This document shows, piece by piece, positions 49,468-59,142 of a DNA stretch of 64,000 nucleotides. This DNA comes from Alphaproteobacteria bacterium (lineage in GTDB: Bacteria; Pseudomonadota; Alphaproteobacteria; VGDZ01). Position 1 is the stretch's first letter, and the number at the start of each line of letters is the position of its first letter. The position numbers and the translations under genes were made by a program. The notes beneath the pieces are model-generated. The model was not told the origin of the DNA. It saw only the letters and a list, made by a program, of their open reading frames with translations, and ran no database searches. The DNA lies in the NCBI GenBank assembly GCA_016869515.1, contig VGDZ01000003.1:18804-82803 (forward strand). Reading direction: 5' to 3'.

Positions 49468-50391
49468 ATGCCGACCCCTATGAACGAGAGTCAACAAGAC
49501 GAATGTCACCCCGAGGCGCCGGCTTGGTTCCGCTGGGCCTTGGCCCAGCCGGTCGAGGCGCGGGAGATCGCCGTTGCCGGCACCGTCATCCGCTATCGCC
49601 GCTGGGGCGGCGCCGGCAAGCCCGGCCTGCTTCTGGTCCACGGCAACGGCGCCCATTCGCGCTGGTGGGATTTCATCGCGCCCTGGTTCGCAAGCACGGC
49701 GACGGTGGCGGCGCTCGACCTGGCGGGCATGGGCGACAGCGGCCAGCGCGCCGACTACACGCCGGAAAGCTACGGCGCCGACATTCGCGCCGTGGCCGGC
49801 GACATGGATGCGGCGGGGCCGATCGATTTGGTGGCGCATAGCTTCGGTGGCCTGGTCGGCGTGGTGGCGGTGCGGGACCGGCCAGACCTGTTCGCGCGCG
49901 TGATGGCGATCGACACCCCTTACGATATGAGGCGGCGCGGCTCGGCGCCGCCGAGTTTCGATCGCAACCCGGCCAAGACCTATTATCCCGATTTCGCCGC
50001 GGCGCGCGCCCGGTTTCGCCTGCTGCCGGCGCAGGACTGCCGCCACGCCTTCATTCTGGATCATGTCGCCCGGCATTCGATCAAGCGCACCGCGGACGGG
50101 TTCTGCTGGAAGTTCGAGGCCAATCCGTGGAATTTCCCCGGCTTCGATCGCGGCTTTTGGAACATGCTGCGCGCGACGGTGCCGATATTGCCGCGCCCGA
50201 TGGCCTTCTTGCGCGGCGCCGACAGCGCGCTTTGTACATCCGAGACCGAGGACGATTGGCGGCGCTTGCGCCCCGAGGCGCCGATCGTCGTCCTGCCCGA
50301 GGCTCGCCATCATGTCTGGCTGGATCAACCGTTGGAGCTGGTGGCGGCGCTCCGTGCTTTGCGGGCCGGGTGGCGCGCCCCAAGCGCATAA
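49468..50391 (+). CDS. Alpha/beta-fold hydrolase
   Basis: HGNGAHS and nucleophile elbow AHSFGG (GxSxG); start ambiguous (TTG 49441, ATG 49468, ATG 49480). Confidence 0.7.
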   Translation: MPTPMNESQQDECHPEAPAWFRWALAQPVEAREIAVAGTVIRYRRWGGAGKPGLLLVHGNGAHSRWWDFIAPWFASTATVAALDLAGMGDSGQRADYTPESYGADIRAVAGDMDAAGPIDLVAHSFGGLVGVVAVRDRPDLFARVMAIDTPYDMRRRGSAPPSFDRNPAKTYYPDFAAARARFRLLPAQDCRHAFILDHVARHSIKRTADGFCWKFEANPWNFPGFDRGFWNMLRATVPILPRPMAFLRGADSALCTSETEDDWRRLRPEAPIVVLPEARHHVWLDQPLELVAALRALRAGWRAPSA

Positions 50392-50537
50392 GCCGTCCCT
50401 CGCCGATATTGGCGACGAGCAAGTCGCGCCGGCCGCCGCTGTCCATCGCCATGCCGTTGGGATCGCTGCCCATGGTCCCGATCAAGGCCTGATCGCCGTC
50501 GGGACCGATCCTGACCGCGCCGCCGCGACCTTGGCGG

Positions 50538-51449
50538 TCACGGGGCTAGGGCATGATCGCTCGACGCGATGCGGGCTAGACGGACGACGTCGTCGATCGA
50601 ATCCGCCACGCGCGCGCCGGCCGCGCGCAGCATGGCGCGCTTTTCAGTGGCCGAATCGCCCGAGCCGGCGATCATCGCCGCGACGTGGCCGAAACTGACG
50701 CCGGCGGGATAGCGTTCCTGGAAGCGCCCGGCAATCAGGGCGATTATCGGCTTGGTCAGTTCGCCGGCGCGCATGGCCTGCGCGACGCCGGCCTCGTTGT
50801 CGGTCCCGGGTTCGCCGAAGATCACCATGGCGCGGGTTTCCGGGTCGGCCTGAAACAGGCGCAGATACTCGACCATCTTGCGGCCGGTCAGCGGATCTCC
50901 GCCCATCGAGATGCAGGTCGAGACGCCGAGACCGACTTGCTTGAGCGCGACCGCAAGCTCCGCCGACATCCCGCCCGAGCGCGACACGATTCCGACCGCA
51001 CCGGGGACATAGAGATCGGCGGTGCGATCGCCGCCGATCCCGCCGAGCCGGCATTTCCCCGGAGAAATCGCGCCGTTGGTGTTGAAGCCGATCAAAGTGG
51101 TGCCGGCTGTCCGCGCCAGCGCGATCGCCGCGGCGGCATCGTGCCGCGGCACGTTCTCGGCGGTCGCCAAGATGACCTTGACGCCGGCCTCGACCGCCTC
51201 GGTCACCGCATCCTTGACGCCGCGCGCCGGCACATAGAGCACGCTGGCATCCGCCCCCGTCGCGGCGACGGCGGCAGCCACCGTATCGAACACCGGCACG
51301 CCCTCGACCACCTCGCCGCCGCGACCCGGGGTCACCCCGGCGACGATGCGCGTGCCGTAGGCCAGGCAATAGCGGGTATCGAACCGGCCCTGATTGCCGG
51401 TGATGCCCTGCACGACGACGCGCGTGTCGCGATCGATCAGGATGCTCAC
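50538..51449 (-). CDS. Succinyl-CoA synthetase alpha subunit-like (SucD-like CoA ligase alpha)
   Basis: GTG 51449 overlapping the upstream stop (GTGA); motifs VVVQGITGNQG, GIVSRSGG, catalytic-His context GHVAAMIAGSG. Confidence 0.8.
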   Translation of the reverse strand: MSILIDRDTRVVVQGITGNQGRFDTRYCLAYGTRIVAGVTPGRGGEVVEGVPVFDTVAAAVAATGADASVLYVPARGVKDAVTEAVEAGVKVILATAENVPRHDAAAAIALARTAGTTLIGFNTNGAISPGKCRLGGIGGDRTADLYVPGAVGIVSRSGGMSAELAVALKQVGLGVSTCISMGGDPLTGRKMVEYLRLFQADPETRAMVIFGEPGTDNEAGVAQAMRAGELTKPIIALIAGRFQERYPAGVSFGHVAAMIAGSGDSATEKRAMLRAAGARVADSIDDVVRLARIASSDHALAP

Positions 51450-52642
51450 GATCCCGGCCCCCGCTGGGCCATGGCCGCCAACGCGGCGCGAACCGCGTCG
51501 CTCAGGCTGGCCTCCCGCGGCAGGTATTGGATCCCCGGCAGCGTCGCCGCGATGGCGCGCGCTTCCGCCTCCTTCGGTCCGAACAACCGCACCACGATCG
51601 GAAAACGCCGTGGATCGATGGCCTTTTCGCGCAGCACCGACACCAAAGCCTCGATCACCAAGTCGCACGGCGCCATTTGCAGGAAGTTGTACCCGATCAG
51701 CAGCCCGCGGACCCTGGGGTTGGACAGCATGGCATCGATCAGGGCACGCGGCTTGTCGACCGTCGGTGCCGGCGACAGGTCGGTATGGCAAGCCGGGCGC
51801 CCGCCAAGATCGACCACGAGGTCGTGCTGCACCAGTCCGGCCCCGCCTCCGGCGACCATCAACGCAAGATCGCCGTCCAACTCGGTGTATCGGATGGCGC
51901 CGCCGGAGAATTTCCGATCGGCCGCGATCACGGCGCGCTCGCGCGCGTTCCGTGCCTGAAGCAGGTCGGCGGCTTCCAGCGACTGCCATTCGGGATGCCG
52001 GAACAAGGCCGCATCGTCGATCTCGACCATGGCTCCGACCAGGGTCAATGTCTCAGCCGCGTCGAGCGCGATCGGGTTGAGCTCGAGCATAAGGGCGTCG
52101 CCGGCACGGAAAGCCTCGCCTAGGGAGGCCGTCAATCGCGCCAACTTGGGCAACAAGGGGCCCGAGATCCCTGCCTCGGTCCAAAGCGCCGTCGCCTCCC
52201 ACGGCCGCAAGCCGCGCGCCGGATCGATATCGCGGGTGGCGATCGCGGCAGGACTGTCGCGATGCACCTGTTCGATCTCGACTCCGCCTTCGCGGCAGGC
52301 CATGACCCGCGGTAGGATCGAGCCGAAAGCGAAGCCGAGATAGAATTCGCGGACGATGGCGACGGCGCGCTCGACATAGACCCGCTCGACCGCATGCCCG
52401 GCGATGCTCCGCCCCAGCAGGGCAGCGGCGGCGGCCTCGGCTTCCGACGGGGTGGTCGCCAGCGCCACCCCGCCCGCCTTGCCGCGACGGCCGGCGGGTA
52501 TCAGCGCCTTGACCGCAACCCGGCCGCCGAATCGCGCCGCGGCCTCCGCGACCGCCGCAGGCGAGGATGCCGCCATGCCTTCGGGAACCGGAAGGCCCTG
52601 GCCGCGCAGCCACGCCTTGGCATGGTCCTCGGTCAAGCGCAT
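51446..52642 (-). CDS. Succinyl-CoA synthetase beta subunit-like (SucC-like ATP-grasp CoA ligase beta)
   Basis: 398 aa; ATP-grasp N-terminus (VAVKALIPAGRRGKAGGV) and ligase C-terminal domain. Confidence 0.8.
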   Translation of the reverse strand: MRLTEDHAKAWLRGQGLPVPEGMAASSPAAVAEAAARFGGRVAVKALIPAGRRGKAGGVALATTPSEAEAAAAALLGRSIAGHAVERVYVERAVAIVREFYLGFAFGSILPRVMACREGGVEIEQVHRDSPAAIATRDIDPARGLRPWEATALWTEAGISGPLLPKLARLTASLGEAFRAGDALMLELNPIALDAAETLTLVGAMVEIDDAALFRHPEWQSLEAADLLQARNARERAVIAADRKFSGGAIRYTELDGDLALMVAGGGAGLVQHDLVVDLGGRPACHTDLSPAPTVDKPRALIDAMLSNPRVRGLLIGYNFLQMAPCDLVIEALVSVLREKAIDPRRFPIVVRLFGPKEAEARAIAATLPGIQYLPREASLSDAVRAALAAMAQRGPGS

Positions 52643-52845
52643 GCGTGGAATTCCGCCTTTGGCATCGTCTGAGTTTGAGCTATTGTATTCGTGTTAACAA
52701 GCTGCCTGTTGACGCCAAAGCGGGACATCGGAAAGGATGTGCCCGCCAGGCCGCGGACCGCCGCGGGAAAGTCGGCGTCGACGGGTTGACAGGGCCGCGG
52801 CCAGCGCCGGAGAGTCGGCGCTGCGCGGGAGAAGGGGGAAAGGCA

Positions 52846-53865
52846 ATGACCAATCGTTCGTTCCGAGGGGCAATCGTCCATGCCGTCGTGGCGGCATTCT
52901 CCTTGTGCTGCGTCGCCGCAAGCGCGCAAGAGCGTTTGGCCCGCATCTCCTATCATTGGGCGCCCGACCACGAAAGCGCGCAGCACTCGAAAAAGTTCAC
53001 CGACCTGGCGAATGCCGCCCTGGGCGGCAAGCTCAAGATCGATACGTTTCACTCCGGCCAGCTCTACACCATCCGCCAGATCGTCGGCGCGCTGTCGGCC
53101 GGATCGGTCGAGATGGGCGGGGTGGTGACCTTCAACCAATTCACCGCCATCGACAAGGACTGGAACATCACCGTCTTTCCGGGCTACTTCAAATCGATCG
53201 AGCACCAGCGCAAGTTCTTCGACGAAGTGCCGGAGGGCATCGCGCTGCGCAAGCGGGTGCTGGAGAAGACCGGGCTGGTGCACATCGCCTACGTTCCCGT
53301 CGGCCCCTACGTCACCTTCTCGACCAAGAGCGAGATGAAGACCGTGGCCAGCATGGCCGGGCTCAAGGCCCGCGCCTTGGCGCCCAACGAACGGCCCGGC
53401 TATGTCGCCCGCAAGATGGACGTGGTGTCGCTGTCGACCGAGGAGATCTTCACGGCGCTGCAAAGCGGCATGGTCGACACGCTTTCGACCGTGCCGACGG
53501 CGGTCAAGGCATACAACTGGTGGCAGTATCTGAAATACGTCCAACTGCCCTATTCGGTCTATGCCGATTCCGAGATCATGGCCAACGGCAAGTGGTTCGC
53601 CGGGCTGCCGGCCGACATGCAGAAATCCCTGCTTGAAATCGGTGCCAGGATTTCCGAGGAAGCCACTCGCAACACCATGGCCGGCAACGACGCGGCGCTG
53701 AAGGAGATGGTCGAGAAGCACGGCGGCAAGATCACGCATCTCGAGGGCGCGGCCCTGGCCGAGTTCCAGAAGCTGGATCGCGAGCGTACCGAGGTCGAAT
53801 TGGCCAAGATGGTGTCGCCCGAGATTTTGGCCGCGGCGCGGCGCTATATCGGCCGAACCAACTGA
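52846..53865 (+). CDS. dctP: TRAP transporter substrate-binding protein (DctP family)
   Basis: ATG 52846 preceded by a GAAGGGGGAAAGG ribosome-binding site; signal peptide; DctP-like fold. Confidence 0.85.
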   Translation: MTNRSFRGAIVHAVVAAFSLCCVAASAQERLARISYHWAPDHESAQHSKKFTDLANAALGGKLKIDTFHSGQLYTIRQIVGALSAGSVEMGGVVTFNQFTAIDKDWNITVFPGYFKSIEHQRKFFDEVPEGIALRKRVLEKTGLVHIAYVPVGPYVTFSTKSEMKTVASMAGLKARALAPNERPGYVARKMDVVSLSTEEIFTALQSGMVDTLSTVPTAVKAYNWWQYLKYVQLPYSVYADSEIMANGKWFAGLPADMQKSLLEIGARISEEATRNTMAGNDAALKEMVEKHGGKITHLEGAALAEFQKLDRERTEVELAKMVSPEILAAARRYIGRTN

Positions 53866-53889
53866 TCGTCCAGGGGCCGGCGATCGGCG

Positions 53890-54420
53890 ATGCGGTTTCT
53901 GGGTCGGCTCAAGGGCATCAACGATGTCCTTGAGCGGGTGGTGCGAGGGCTCGGGGGTGCGCTGATCGCGGTCATCCTGTTTGCCTTGTTCGCCAGCGCC
54001 GCGACCCGCTATGTCACCGGCATCGGCTACGACTGGCTGACCGAATTGCCGCCGCAATTGCTGCCGTGGATCGTGTTTCCGATGATCGGCGTGCTGCTGC
54101 GCCATGACGGCCATGTCACGGTCGATGTGCTGCCGCATTTCCTGCACGGCCGCAACCTGACCCGGCTTCGCGCCGTGGTATTCGCGTTCTCGACCCTGGC
54201 GTGCCTCGCCTTCGCGATCTTCGGCGTCGACGCCGTCGGGTTCTATCAGCGCCTTGGCCAGCGGACCGCGACCGAAGTCGAGATTCCGCTGTGGCTGCTG
54301 TACCTGTCCTTTCCCATCGGCTTCTTCATGGCGGCGAGCTTTACCGGCGAAGCTCTGCTGCGGCTGTTGGTCAGGCGCGAGGGCGATGCGCCCGTGGCCG
54401 CGCCCGGCGGGCGGGCATGA
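53890..54420 (+). CDS. dctQ: TRAP transporter small permease (DctQ family)
   Basis: 176 aa with 4 TM segments between dctP and dctM. Confidence 0.8.
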   Translation: MRFLGRLKGINDVLERVVRGLGGALIAVILFALFASAATRYVTGIGYDWLTELPPQLLPWIVFPMIGVLLRHDGHVTVDVLPHFLHGRNLTRLRAVVFAFSTLACLAFAIFGVDAVGFYQRLGQRTATEVEIPLWLLYLSFPIGFFMAASFTGEALLRLLVRREGDAPVAAPGGRA

Positions 54421-55682
54421 TCGCGCTGTTTGGCCTGTCGGCCTTGGCGCTGGCGATCCTGTCGGTGCCGATCTTCCTGGTCTTCGGCGTGTCCTCCACC
54501 GCGGTGGCATTGTGGGGCCTCAAGCTGCCCTCGGCCATGCTGATGCAGATCAGCTTTGACGCCATGACCAAGCAGGTGCTGGTGGCGATCCCGTTGTTTC
54601 TGTTTGCCGGCAACGTCATGCTCAAGGGCGGCACCGCCAGGCGCTTGGTCGATCTCAGCTTGGCGGCCGTCGGCCACCTGCCCGGCGGGTTGGCGCTGGC
54701 GATGATCCTGGCGATGGCGTTTTTCGCGGCATTCTGCGGCTCGATCCTGGCCGCGATCGGGGCGATCGGCACGGTGCTGCTGCCGACCATGATCGAGCGC
54801 GGCTATCCCAAGGCCTTCGTCATCGTGCTGGCGGCCTGCGCCGCCATCATCGAGGCTCTGATCCCGCCTTCCAATACCGCCATCCTCTATTCGGCCATCA
54901 CCCATGTCCCGGTAACCAAGACTTTCGCCGCGGGAGTGCTTCCCGGGCTGGTGCTGATGACGTTGCTCATGCTGTACACGCTCTTGGTGTGCCGGAACAT
55001 GCCGCGCCCGCCGCGGGCGTCTTGGCCGGTCTTGCGCGACGCCGTGCTCGGTGCCCTGCCGGCGCTGTTGACGCCGGTGATCATCATCGGCGGCATCTAT
55101 GGCGGCTTGTTCACCGCCGCCGAATCCGCCGCCGTGGCCGGCGTCTGGGGCATTGTCCTCGGCCGTTACATCTACCGCGAGCTGACCCTGAAGGGCTTGT
55201 GGGAGGCGTTGAAGGCGACCGCCGAGTCGACCACGGTGATTTTCGCCATCATCGCCATGGCGATCTTCCTGTCGATCGTCCTGACCTACACCAAGACGCC
55301 CCAGGCGATCGTCGAATACATGGTCCAGCTGGGCATCACCCAGGTCACGTTCTTCCTCGCCGCCGGACTGACGCTGCTGTTTCTCGGCGCATTCATCGAA
55401 GTGGTGCCGGTTTTCTATTTGACCCTGCCGATTTTCATTCCGGTCATCCACTCCCTGAAGATCGACACGCTGCAGTTCTACGTCTTTTTCACCGGCTTGG
55501 TCGGGATCGGCCTGTTGACGCCGCCGGTCTGCGTCGGCGTCTACATGGCGGCGTCGGTGGTGCGCGAGCCGCCCGAGCGGGTCTTCAAGGCGGTGCCGGG
55601 CTTCATCGTCATCGGCATCATCTACGCCGCGATCATGGCCAGCTTCCCCTGGCTGGCGACGTGGCTTCCCTCGAAGCTCTAG
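54417..55682 (+). CDS. dctM: TRAP transporter large permease (DctM family)
   Basis: ATG overlapping the dctQ stop (ATGA); 421-aa polytopic membrane protein. Confidence 0.85.
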   Translation: MIALFGLSALALAILSVPIFLVFGVSSTAVALWGLKLPSAMLMQISFDAMTKQVLVAIPLFLFAGNVMLKGGTARRLVDLSLAAVGHLPGGLALAMILAMAFFAAFCGSILAAIGAIGTVLLPTMIERGYPKAFVIVLAACAAIIEALIPPSNTAILYSAITHVPVTKTFAAGVLPGLVLMTLLMLYTLLVCRNMPRPPRASWPVLRDAVLGALPALLTPVIIIGGIYGGLFTAAESAAVAGVWGIVLGRYIYRELTLKGLWEALKATAESTTVIFAIIAMAIFLSIVLTYTKTPQAIVEYMVQLGITQVTFFLAAGLTLLFLGAFIEVVPVFYLTLPIFIPVIHSLKIDTLQFYVFFTGLVGIGLLTPPVCVGVYMAASVVREPPERVFKAVPGFIVIGIIYAAIMASFPWLATWLPSKL

Positions 55683-55834
55683 CAGGCTGCTGAAAAACTT
55701 GGTGGGAATGGTGAAACACGAAACGAAAGAATCGTGGCGTGCGTAACGACGAAAGATCAGAATCGAAAGTCGATCCATTTTGATTCAATGTTGCTCGCTG
55801 ACACGCCTCGAAACCCTTATTCAGCAGCCTGCTA
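55678..55834. mobile_element. MITE-like element: 16-bp perfect terminal inverted repeats (ctagcaggctgctgaa / ttcagcagcctgctag) flanking ~125 bp of low-GC sequence with GAAAGAATC-like reiterations
   Basis: Read directly; the left inverted repeat overlaps the dctM stop codon; interior cgaaacgaaagaatcg...cgaaagatcagaatcgaaagtcgatcc. Confidence 0.4.
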
Positions 55835-56050
55835 GCGCCCATAACAGGGAAACTGTCCGAGCGAACACGGAATTCGCGCTATCGAGCAGGGATTCAAACT
55901 CCGACCAGGCACCGGGCAAATGCGTCGCCGAATTTTCTTTGCTTTGTCTGTCTTCTCTGCGGTCGAGTCCGTGAGGATAGAGTGGCCGCATGGCTGAATC
56001 CGCCCACTCCATCACCATTGCCGCAGCCCCATTTTGGACACTGGCCGGGA

Positions 56051-56842
56051 TCACGCTTTTATTTCCGGAGCAACACCGCCATCGCGCGGCAGCGGCCAGA
56101 TTTCGGCCAGTTCCTTGGCCGCATCCATGACCACCGGGGCGATTTCGAGGGCGCGGGCCTCGGTCAGTCGGAACGCCGGGCCGGAGACGCTGACCGCGCC
56201 GACGGCACGTCCCGAATTCCGTTCGCGGATGGCAACCGCCACGGTCGCGATTCCCTGAACCATCTCTTCGAACGACAGGCCGAAACCCCGCTGCTTGATC
56301 TTGGAAAGCTCGGTGACCAGGCTTGCCTCGTCCGTTACCGCCGACCGGATATAGGTCGGCGGAAGAATGAAACCCCTGGCCTTGACCAAGGCTACCGCGT
56401 CTTCCGTCGGCATCGTGGCAAGCCAGACGCGGCCATTGGCCGTAGCTTGCGGTGCCGTGATGATCCGCCCCAATTCTTCGTCGTATCGGACGCCAGTCGA
56501 CGCGCCTTGGGCGTTGGCAACAAATATCATGGACCCGGACTCGACCACCGCCAGTCGCGCCAATTCGGCCGTGCGAGCAGCCAATCGGTCGAGCACCGGC
56601 TGGCATAAGTCGATCAGCCCCGCCTTGCCGAAAAAACGATGTCCGATCACGGCGAATCGTATGGCAAGCCGGTAACGCTTGCTGACCTCGTCCTGAACCG
56701 CATAGCCGCGCTTAATGAAGATGCTGAGCAGCCGATGCGCCTCGCTCTTGGAGGTCTTGAGACGGCGTGCCACGTCGGAGATCGGAATCCCCTCCGGAAA
56801 GTCCGCCAAAAGCTCGACCACGTTGAAAACGCGATCAATCAT
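56051..56842 (-). CDS. IclR-family transcriptional regulator
   Basis: N-terminal wHTH (ISDVARRLKTSKSEAHRLL) and IclR effector domain; start at MIDRVFNVV. Confidence 0.8.
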   Translation of the reverse strand: MIDRVFNVVELLADFPEGIPISDVARRLKTSKSEAHRLLSIFIKRGYAVQDEVSKRYRLAIRFAVIGHRFFGKAGLIDLCQPVLDRLAARTAELARLAVVESGSMIFVANAQGASTGVRYDEELGRIITAPQATANGRVWLATMPTEDAVALVKARGFILPPTYIRSAVTDEASLVTELSKIKQRGFGLSFEEMVQGIATVAVAIRERNSGRAVGAVSVSGPAFRLTEARALEIAPVVMDAAKELAEIWPLPRDGGVAPEIKA

Positions 56843-57039
56843 CGACCCGGCAGGCACACGAACCCCTTGTACGAACGTTGTTATTTGAATTTGGATTATA
56901 ACACACAGAAATCTGATCAGAAAATGCTTTATTTACGAATGTCGTTCTGTTATAGGCCATTTTATGAATAACCAGGTGGCGCCGCTCAACGCCAAAAAAG
57001 CTGAACGGAACCGCGGAACCGACTGGGAGCAAGTTCGCA

Positions 57040-59142
57040 ATGGGTGATCGGCCGAAAGCCGTTCTGTCGGTGGACATTGGCGGGACGTTTACCGATGTCG
57101 TAGTGCGCTGGGGCGAGCGTTTGGCCACGGCAAAGGTCCTGACTACGCCCAAGGCTCCGGCTGACGGCGTGATGACCGGCATCGCCCAGGTTCTCGGTTC
57201 CGCCGTCTTGGCGCCGACCGATATCGGATTGATCGTCCATGGAACCACGCTTGCGACCAATGCCCTGATCGAGCGCAAGGGCGCCCGTACGGCCCTCGTA
57301 ACCACCGCTGGATTCAGGGACGTGATCGAAATCGCCTGCGAACACCGTTTCGAGCAGTACGACATCCACATCGACAAGCCCCTGCCCCTTGTGCCGCGCC
57401 GTTGGCGGTTCGAAGTCGCCGAAAGACTGGACGCAAGGGGCCGGGTCCTGGTCCCGCTGGACGAAAAGGGAGTCGATCAAGTCGGCTATGCACTGCTTGC
57501 GGCCAAGATCGAGAGCGTCGCCATCGGCTTCCTGCATAGCTACATCGACGCCAGCCACGAACGCCGTGCTGCGGAACTCCTGCGCCGCCGCCTGCCCGAT
57601 GCGTATTTCAGCCTGTCGTCGGAAGTGTGCCCCGAGATTCGGGAATACAACCGGTTTTCGACGGTCTGCGCCAACGCCTACGTCCAGCCGCTGATGGCCC
57701 GCTATCTCTCCTTGTTGCGGCAGGATTTGGCCGAGGCCGGGTTTCGGGCGCCGGTACTGCTGATGACGTCCGGCGGCGGCCTTACGACCCTCGATACCGC
57801 CATTCGCTATCCGATCCGTCTGGTCGAATCCGGACCAGCCGGCGGCGCCATCCTGGCCTCGACCCTATCCCGCCAACGCGGATTGGATCGCGTGCTGTCC
57901 TTCGACATGGGCGGAACCACCGCCAAAATCTGCTTGATCGACGACGGCGAAGCCCAAGCGACGCGGGACTTCGAGGTGGCACGCGCCTACCGCTTCGCAA
58001 AGGGCAGCGGCCTGCCGCTGCGGATTCCCGTGATCGAGATGGTCGAGATCGGCGCCGGGGGCGGCTCGATCGCCAGCGTCGACAATTTGGGCCGGATCCA
58101 GGTCGGACCGGAAAGCGCGAACTCGGATCCGGGGCCGGCTTGTTACGGTCTGGGCGGCAACGCGCCGACGGTCACCGACGCCGACTTGATCGTCGGACGA
58201 ATCGATCCCGATCGATTCGCCGGCGGACGAATCGCCTTGTCGCGCGATCACAGCGAACGCGCCATCGCTTCGGCCGTCGGCAACAAGCTGCTTCTCGGCG
58301 TCGTCCAGTCATCGGCCGGCATCGCCGAAATCGTCGAGGAAAACATGGCGAGCGCCGCCCGCGTCCATGCGGTCGAGCGCGGCAAGCAACTCGACGATCG
58401 GACCTTGATTGCCTTCGGCGGAGCCGCACCGCTGCATGCCGCGCGGCTGGCCGAAAAACTCGGCATCCGCCACGTCGTCGTTCCGGCTAGTGCCGGCGTC
58501 GGGTCTGCAGTCGGCTTCCTGTTGGCGCCGGTAGCCTTCGAGGTGGTGCGGAGTCACCCCATTCGACTTGACGATCTGGTCGTGTCCGAGCTGCAGGCCT
58601 TGCTCGACGGCATGCATGCCGAGGCGCTCGAGGTCGTTGGCTCCGCCGTACCCGACGCGCCGCTTGAGATCGTTCGGCATGCCGACATGCGCTATGTCGG
58701 CCAAGGGCATGAAATCTCGGTTTTGCTGCCTTCGGGTCGGGTCGACCCTCGATTCGTCGGCGAGTTGAGGAACCGCTTCTCGGCGCTGTACGAGCGCCTG
58801 TATACCCGCTCCATCCCAAGTCTCGAAATCGAAATCTTGAGTTGGTCCGTGCGCCTGGCCGAACGGCGGGCCGCGCCGCCGCGGTGCCAGGCGCCCAAGG
58901 TCAATGGGGCATCGCCACCGCTGGCCGGTTCGCGGGCGGTGTTCGATCCGGATCTCGAGTCCATGATCGCGGCCAAGATTGTCCGCCGCGACACTTTCGC
59001 CGAAGGCACTTCGATAGTCGGCCCGGCATTGATCGTCGAGGACGAGACCACGACCTATGTCACTCCGAATTTCGTCGCGGCAATCAATGTGCTGGGTCAT
59101 ATCGAGATGTGGGCTAGAGACAAGAGCGGGGGCCGCGCGTGA
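57040..59142 (+). CDS. hyuA: Hydantoinase/oxoprolinase family protein, A subunit (HyuA / N-methylhydantoinase A-like)
   Basis: 700 aa; N-terminal LSVDIGGTFTDVV ATPase-fold motif. Confidence 0.85.
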   Translation: MGDRPKAVLSVDIGGTFTDVVVRWGERLATAKVLTTPKAPADGVMTGIAQVLGSAVLAPTDIGLIVHGTTLATNALIERKGARTALVTTAGFRDVIEIACEHRFEQYDIHIDKPLPLVPRRWRFEVAERLDARGRVLVPLDEKGVDQVGYALLAAKIESVAIGFLHSYIDASHERRAAELLRRRLPDAYFSLSSEVCPEIREYNRFSTVCANAYVQPLMARYLSLLRQDLAEAGFRAPVLLMTSGGGLTTLDTAIRYPIRLVESGPAGGAILASTLSRQRGLDRVLSFDMGGTTAKICLIDDGEAQATRDFEVARAYRFAKGSGLPLRIPVIEMVEIGAGGGSIASVDNLGRIQVGPESANSDPGPACYGLGGNAPTVTDADLIVGRIDPDRFAGGRIALSRDHSERAIASAVGNKLLLGVVQSSAGIAEIVEENMASAARVHAVERGKQLDDRTLIAFGGAAPLHAARLAEKLGIRHVVVPASAGVGSAVGFLLAPVAFEVVRSHPIRLDDLVVSELQALLDGMHAEALEVVGSAVPDAPLEIVRHADMRYVGQGHEISVLLPSGRVDPRFVGELRNRFSALYERLYTRSIPSLEIEILSWSVRLAERRAAPPRCQAPKVNGASPPLAGSRAVFDPDLESMIAAKIVRRDTFAEGTSIVGPALIVEDETTTYVTPNFVAAINVLGHIEMWARDKSGGRA

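Noticed and set aside
55780-55974. 64-aa ORF in the dctM-iclR intergenic region
   Set aside because: It lies within the MITE-like or low-GC non-coding segment, with no ribosome-binding site, no family resemblance, and composition atypical for this genome's genes.
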